From assembly GCA_044376115.1 (NCBI GenBank), contig JBILLK010000043.1:1-54302 (forward strand): 54,302 nucleotides of DNA, in the 5' to 3' direction. Within the stretch, counting starts at the first letter, position 1. Every line of letters starts with the position of its first letter. This document shows positions 49,581 through 54,302 of this stretch, one piece after another. Under the pieces are notes generated by a model. The model had not been told where the DNA came from. It was given only the letters and a program-made list of their open reading frames with translations, and searched no databases. The position numbers were made by a program, and so were the translations under genes. The DNA is from Polyangiaceae bacterium (lineage in GTDB: Bacteria; Myxococcota_A; Polyangia; Polyangiales; Polyangiaceae).

Positions 49581-50882
49581 TCAGCGCGCGGCTTCGAACA
49601 CGGTGACGGTGCCTTGGCCGTCTGCGGTGTTTACGGCGCTAACCGCCAAGCGCGCTCCGTCGATAGCGACGGCTGTACCAAAGTGCGCGTTGGCTGCGGC
49701 GCTAGGCGGCGCGAGCTTGGTCTGTTGCACCCATTCATCGCCCGACCATGCAAACACGTAGGCCGCGCCGGCCTCGGCGCCGTCTGCGTCGTGGCCCTTG
49801 GCGCCGACCACGATCACGTTGCCGCTGATCGCCACCGCGGTACCAAACCGATCCCCCTCGGCGCCGTCTTCGGCCTTGAGCACAGCGGTGGGCTGCCACT
49901 CGTTGCCTGTGCGCCGATAAACGTAGGCCGCGCCGGTGCCGGTCTCCGCTTCACTGCCCACCACCGCGAAATCACCGTCGAGGTCCACCGCGAAGCCGAA
50001 GCCCGGGTCGCCCACGCCAGGCACCAGGCGCGCCTGCTCCGACCAGGTCCGGCCCGCATGCGCGAACACATGCACAGCGGGCTCACCGTCCACCCTCGAG
50101 CTGCCGACCAGCGCTGTGTCGTCGTCGAGGGCGAGCGCATAACCGAATTGGTCCGCAGGCTCAGCAGCCGTGAGTTGCCCGGACTCACTCCAAACCGTGC
50201 CTTCACGCTCAAAGGCGTACACCCGCGCGGTGCTGCCGTTGGGCGCAGCGATCAGCGCTCGTGCGCCAGAGACGGCCACGGCGCCGCCAAACTTTGCGAA
50301 CGTGGTGAGGGGTTCCTCGCGCACCTGCTGTTGCGAAAGCCAACTCGAACCAACGCGCGAAAAGAAGTAAGCCGCGCCGGCGACATCCGGCCCTTCGTCA
50401 TCCAGCGCCGGCGCACCCGCGAGCGCCGTGTCCCCGCTTACGGCGACCGAGAGTCCGAAGTAAGAGTCCGCCTCCGGCGCCATCGGGCGTAGGCTCTCTT
50501 GCAGCATCCAGCCGCCAGCGTCGGGCATGTAGACGTGGGCCGCGCCCCCGTAGATCAGCGATGCGTAGTCACGGTATGCACCGACCACCAACGTGTCCTG
50601 ATCGATCGCCACCGCGTAACCGAAGTGGTCGACGTTGGCTGCACCTGGGCTGGTGAGCTCGCTGCTCTCGGCGTTCGTAAAGTCGGGCGTTCCGGCTGCG
50701 CCACCACCGCCGGCTGCGCCACCGCCACCGCTCGACGAACTCGCGCCGCTGCCTCCTTGCCCGGCATTGCCACCCGCCGCAGCCTGCGCGCCACTGCCGC
50801 CTCCGCCATCCGCGGGCGACCCCGGCTGGGCATCTTTGCAGCTGCAAACAAGCAGCGCGAGTACGCACACGATCGATCGCAA
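49581..50882 (-). CDS. FG-GAP (integrin-like) repeat lipoprotein
   Basis: About seven FGYAVAIDxDTLVVGA...GAAYVF repeats after a signal peptide and Gly linker. Confidence 0.88.
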   Translation of the reverse strand: MRSIVCVLALLVCSCKDAQPGSPADGGGGSGAQAAAGGNAGQGGSGASSSSGGGGAAGGGGAAGTPDFTNAESSELTSPGAANVDHFGYAVAIDQDTLVVGAYRDYASLIYGGAAHVYMPDAGGWMLQESLRPMAPEADSYFGLSVAVSGDTALAGAPALDDEGPDVAGAAYFFSRVGSSWLSQQQVREEPLTTFAKFGGAVAVSGARALIAAPNGSTARVYAFEREGTVWSESGQLTAAEPADQFGYALALDDDTALVGSSRVDGEPAVHVFAHAGRTWSEQARLVPGVGDPGFGFAVDLDGDFAVVGSEAETGTGAAYVYRRTGNEWQPTAVLKAEDGAEGDRFGTAVAISGNVIVVGAKGHDADGAEAGAAYVFAWSGDEWVQQTKLAPPSAAANAHFGTAVAIDGARLAVSAVNTADGQGTVTVFEAAR

Positions 50883-50984
50883 GAGGCCTCCGAGGCGCCA
50901 AGCATCGCAGCACCGGATCGGGCGAGCAAGCAGCAGCTAGCGCCGAACGGCCCATCCGCGGGCCACTATGGTAAACCTCGCTTG

Positions 50985-52482
50985 ATGCTTCCTTCCTCGG
51001 CCCTGCAGCCAGGCGAGCTTTTCGCCGCGCGCTATCGGGTCGTGCGTTGTTTGAAGCAAGGCGGGATGGGCTCGGTCTTCCAGGTGATCGACGAGCGCAC
51101 CGATCGTTTGCGCGCGCTCAAAGTGATGCAATCGGAGATCGCGACCGATCCCGAGATGCGGCTGCGTTTCGAGAAAGAGGCGTCGGATCGTCGGTCGCGT
51201 GCGCTCCGACCATTTGGTTGAGGTGGTGGATGCCGGCGTCAGCGAGCCGGATACGCCCTTCTTGGTGATGGAGCTTTTGGTTGGGGAAGATCTGGCCGCT
51301 CATAGCGAGAGCTGCGGCCCGCTCGCAACCGAGACGGTGGTGACGCTGCTTCGCCAGGTGGCGAGCGGCCTCGACAAGGTGCACGCCGAGGGCGTGGTGC
51401 ATCGCGATCTCAAGCCAGAGAACCTGTTTCTGACCCGACGCGACGACGGCAGCGAGCAGGTGAAGATCCTCGACTTCGGCGTCGCCAAGCTGCTCGATCG
51501 CAGCGGCGATCTGCACACCACCCGCAGCCTCGGCACGCCTCTCTACATGGCCCCGGAGCAGATGACCGGGGAGGGGAGTTTGGGCCTCCACGCCGACCTC
51601 TACGCCCTCGCTCACGTCGCCTTCAGCTTGCTCGTCGGCAGCCCGTATTGGCAGCATGAAGCGCGCGCCGCCGCCAACGGTTATGCCTTCATGAACGTGG
51701 TGCTCAAAGGCGCCGTCGAGCCCGCCAGCGAACGTGCGGCGCGTTACGGCGCGGAGCTCCCCGCAGCCTTCGACCCGTGGTTCTCGCGCGCCACAGCGCT
51801 CTCCCCAGCCCAACGTTTCAGCTCCGCCGGCGAACAAATCGCGGCGCTCGCCGAGAGCCTCGCGGTTGCGCCTCAAGCCAAGACCGTCGCCGTGCGTCCG
51901 CGCATCGCTGCGGCCAAAGCGGTGGTCGCGGTCCCCGGCGCCGCGGCGATCCCAGCGCCTGCAGCGATCCCAGCGGCCTCCTTCGACTCGAACGCCGTGG
52001 CCTCCGCCGACACCGTCGCCTCCTTCAGCAGCTCAACCTTCGCAACCTCGCCCACCACCCCGATCGACGTGCGCCCAACCACCGTAACGCCGGTGCGAGA
52101 GGCGCCCTTGCGGCTACGTTGGATCGCGATCGGCGGCGGCCTTGCCACCGTCGGTCTTGTGTTGGCCCTCGCCATTCCAAGCACGCGACCGAATACGGAG
52201 GGGAGGGGCGCAGTGGAGCCCGCTGCCGTGACGCCGTCCTCTTCAGCGAGTTCGTCGGCTGCCGCGAGCGGCCTCGCAAGCGCTGCGGCTTCCGCGAGCG
52301 CGTCGGCTCCCGCAAGTGCGTCTGCGTCCTCCGCATCGACTGCCGCACGCGCAGCAGGCGCAGCGAGCGCTACCGTGACGCCCTCCGCGGCAAATGCCGC
52401 TGGCGCTGCCGTGACGCCCTCCGCAGCGTCCACTTCGACCGCTGGCCCGGCGCACAAGGGAGACCCGCTCGATGCGTATTGA
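50985..52482 (+). pseudogene. Ser/Thr protein kinase, frameshifted near 51183
   Basis: QGGMGSVF and RALK in one frame; HRDLKPEN, DFG and APE in the next. Deleting T51183 gives FEKEARIVGRVRSDHLV. Confidence 0.85.
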
Positions 52483-53569
52483 CCGTCTTACGCAAGGCTC
52501 CGCGCGGTCGCCTGCAACGTCGTTCGTCGCGCGGTCGCTGGCCGCAACATCGTTCGCCCTGTTCGCCGCCCTCCCGCTCGCCGCGCTGCTCAGCCCAACC
52601 GCGGCGCAGGCCGAAGAGACGGTGGATGCGGCGGCGATCGAGCTCTTTCAGCGCGGCCGGCAGCTGATCAAAGAGGGCGATTGGGAAGGCGGTTGCGCGT
52701 CGATCGACGCCAGCGTGAAGCGCGTTCCGGCGGTGAGCCCGCTGCTCAACGTCGCACTTTGCCGCGAACACGAGGGCCGCGTAGCAACTGCGTGGGCCGT
52801 AGTCGAACGAGCGCGGGTGCAGAACCGCGAGACCCAAAGTGAGAAGCGGCGCGCCGAACTCGAGGCCAGCGCTGCGGAGATCTCGGCGCGTTTGCGACCG
52901 CGTTTGCCGCGGCTTCGTTTGGTCGGTGCGCCCGGCGCACAGCTGCGCGTCACTACCGCGTCGGGCGAACTACCGCTCGATACCCCCGTCCCGCTCGACC
53001 CGGGCGCGCACACGATCGTGATTTCGGCCGCCGGCCATAGCGATGCGCGCCGCGAGCTCACCCTGCGCGAAGGCGAGCTGCTCGCGGTCGAAGTCGCGCC
53101 CGGCCCGCTGCTCGCACAGGGTGCAGCTGAGCCCAACGCTACGCAGGGGAGTGCGGCGGCGCAGGCAGCGCCGGCCGCGCCAGGCGCGACTGTTACGCCC
53201 GAGCCCGACGGCGCCACCGAAGTCCCCGCGTGGGTCTGGATCAGCGGCGGACTCGGCCTCGCACTCGGTGCCGGCGCCATCGGCTTCGCGGTGGATTCAG
53301 CCAACGTCGCCGCCGCGCAAGAAGAACGTTGTGGCACCGATTTGGTTTGCGACGAAGACCTCAACTACAATCCCGACGACGACAACGCGCGCAAGAACCG
53401 CGGCCTCATCCTCGCCGTCGCCCTCGGAGTCGGCGGTCTCGGCGGCCTCGTTGCAAGCGTCAGCGGGCTTGCGATTGCGTTTGGTTCGCCCGCCCAAGGA
53501 CCCGCCGCGCGCGTGAGCGTGTGGGGCGCCCCCGGCACGCTGGGGGTCGAAGCACGAGGGCGGTTTTAG
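52472..53569 (+). CDS. Secreted TPR/PEGA-type myxobacterial protein
   Basis: LFQRGR..GC...LLNVALCREHEGRVATAW and PLDPGAH; hydrophobic hairpin ending GRF; overlaps the kinase stop. Confidence 0.8.
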   Translation: MRIDRLTQGSARSPATSFVARSLAATSFALFAALPLAALLSPTAAQAEETVDAAAIELFQRGRQLIKEGDWEGGCASIDASVKRVPAVSPLLNVALCREHEGRVATAWAVVERARVQNRETQSEKRRAELEASAAEISARLRPRLPRLRLVGAPGAQLRVTTASGELPLDTPVPLDPGAHTIVISAAGHSDARRELTLREGELLAVEVAPGPLLAQGAAEPNATQGSAAAQAAPAAPGATVTPEPDGATEVPAWVWISGGLGLALGAGAIGFAVDSANVAAAQEERCGTDLVCDEDLNYNPDDDNARKNRGLILAVALGVGGLGGLVASVSGLAIAFGSPAQGPAARVSVWGAPGTLGVEARGRF

Positions 53570-53588
53570 GCGGAGGGCCGGGGGCGCG

Positions 53589-53955
53589 GAGCGACGTAAC
53601 GCCGGGCGCCAACCGAGCGACGTAACGCCGGGGAGCTGCGCTAGCCCGCGGGACTTACGTCGCAAGGCGCAGCCGCGCTGAGCCACCGGGCGACGTAACG
53701 CCGGGGAGCTGCGCTAGCCCGCGGGACTTACGTCGCAAGGCGCAGCCGCGCTGAGCCACCGAGCGACGTAACGCCGGGGAGCTGCGCTAGCCCGCGGGGC
53801 TTACGTCGCGAGGCGCAACAGCGCTGAGCCACCGAGCGACGTAACGCCGGGGAGCTGCGCTAGCCCGCGGGACTTAGTTCGCAAGGCGCAACAGCGCTGA
53901 GCCACCGAGCGACGTAACGCCGGGGAGCTGCGCTAGCCCCCCGGCGTTGCGTCGC
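53589..53955. repeat. 73-bp tandem palindromic (REP/BIME-like) repeat array
   Basis: Four full units at 53615, 53688, 53761 and 53834, partial units at 53589 and 53907; the last forms hairpin 53909-53955. Confidence 0.9.
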
Positions 53956-54128
53956 ACTTTGAGCTGCATTCGGCCTGCCGGACCGCGCCAAGCATCGGCC
54001 TGGCCGCGTACATGGCGTTCGCTATGCGGCTTTTGCGGGCAAAACGCGTATCGGCCAGAGCCTGCACCCACGCCAGTGCTTCGTGCGCGCACAAAGAGCG
54101 AAGTATCGCCGGGGGGCTAGCGCAGCTC
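53925..54128. repeat. REPIN/MITE-like inverted-repeat element
   Basis: Perfect 22-bp inverted repeat GAGCTGCGCTAGCCCCCCGGCG at 53925-53946 and 54107-54128, with imperfect pairing extending inward. Confidence 0.7.
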
Positions 54129-54151
54129 GCCCGAGTTAGTTCGCGTGAGGA

Positions 54152-54302
54152 GGGAAGCCGTGCGGGCCGTCCCATATGTGCTGGTCGTTCGGGGCGAACC
54201 GGCGTTATGGGACAACGCGGCGAACGCCAGGGCGTTCGGAAGGCGCGCCGTGAGCCGGGAAGGCGTGCGGCCGTCCCACATGTGCTGGTCGTTCGGGGCG
54301 AA
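54152..54302. repeat. Second hairpin repeat family, two copies about 105 bp apart (truncated by the window end)
   Basis: GGGAAG.CGTGCG(G)GCCGTCCCA(T/C)ATGTGCTGGTCGTTCGGGGCGAA at about 54152 and 54257. Confidence 0.75.

Noticed and set aside
53589..53955. CRISPR array
   Set aside because: The units are near-identical over their whole 73 bp, with no unique spacers and no cas genes.

Overview
High-GC (roughly 70% by eye) bacterial DNA whose gene content points to a myxobacterium, probably Polyangiaceae-like: four Hanks-type Ser/Thr kinases, TPR/PEGA proteins, an AgmX/PglI C-terminal protein and many Gly- or Cys-rich lipoproteins. Housekeeping content is a SAM-I riboswitch-controlled metX-metB-thrA/metL operon and several LysR/TetR plus oxidoreductase or hydrolase cassettes. 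The most interesting locus is 12338-14013. It holds a PlpX-like (TIGR03913-type) radical SAM/SPASM enzyme divergent from a small protein with a Zn-ribbon, a lipobox, an Ala-Tyr-Gly motif and a Gly/Ala tail, making it a candidate tyramine-excising 'splicease' system acting on a lipoprotein. Nearby are a convergent UbiA gene and an orphan, divergent TssB-TssC (T6SS sheath) fusion with a C-terminal Cys4 domain. Non-coding signals include an IS481-type end, a tRNA 3' fragment (att-like), two clear TetR-type operators, an OxyR-like box, an unexplained structured leader and a REP/REPIN-like tandem palindrome field at the right end. Two frameshifts (an Old Yellow Enzyme gene and a kinase) may be sequencing errors. 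All family assignments come from recognising motifs by eye; no searches were run.
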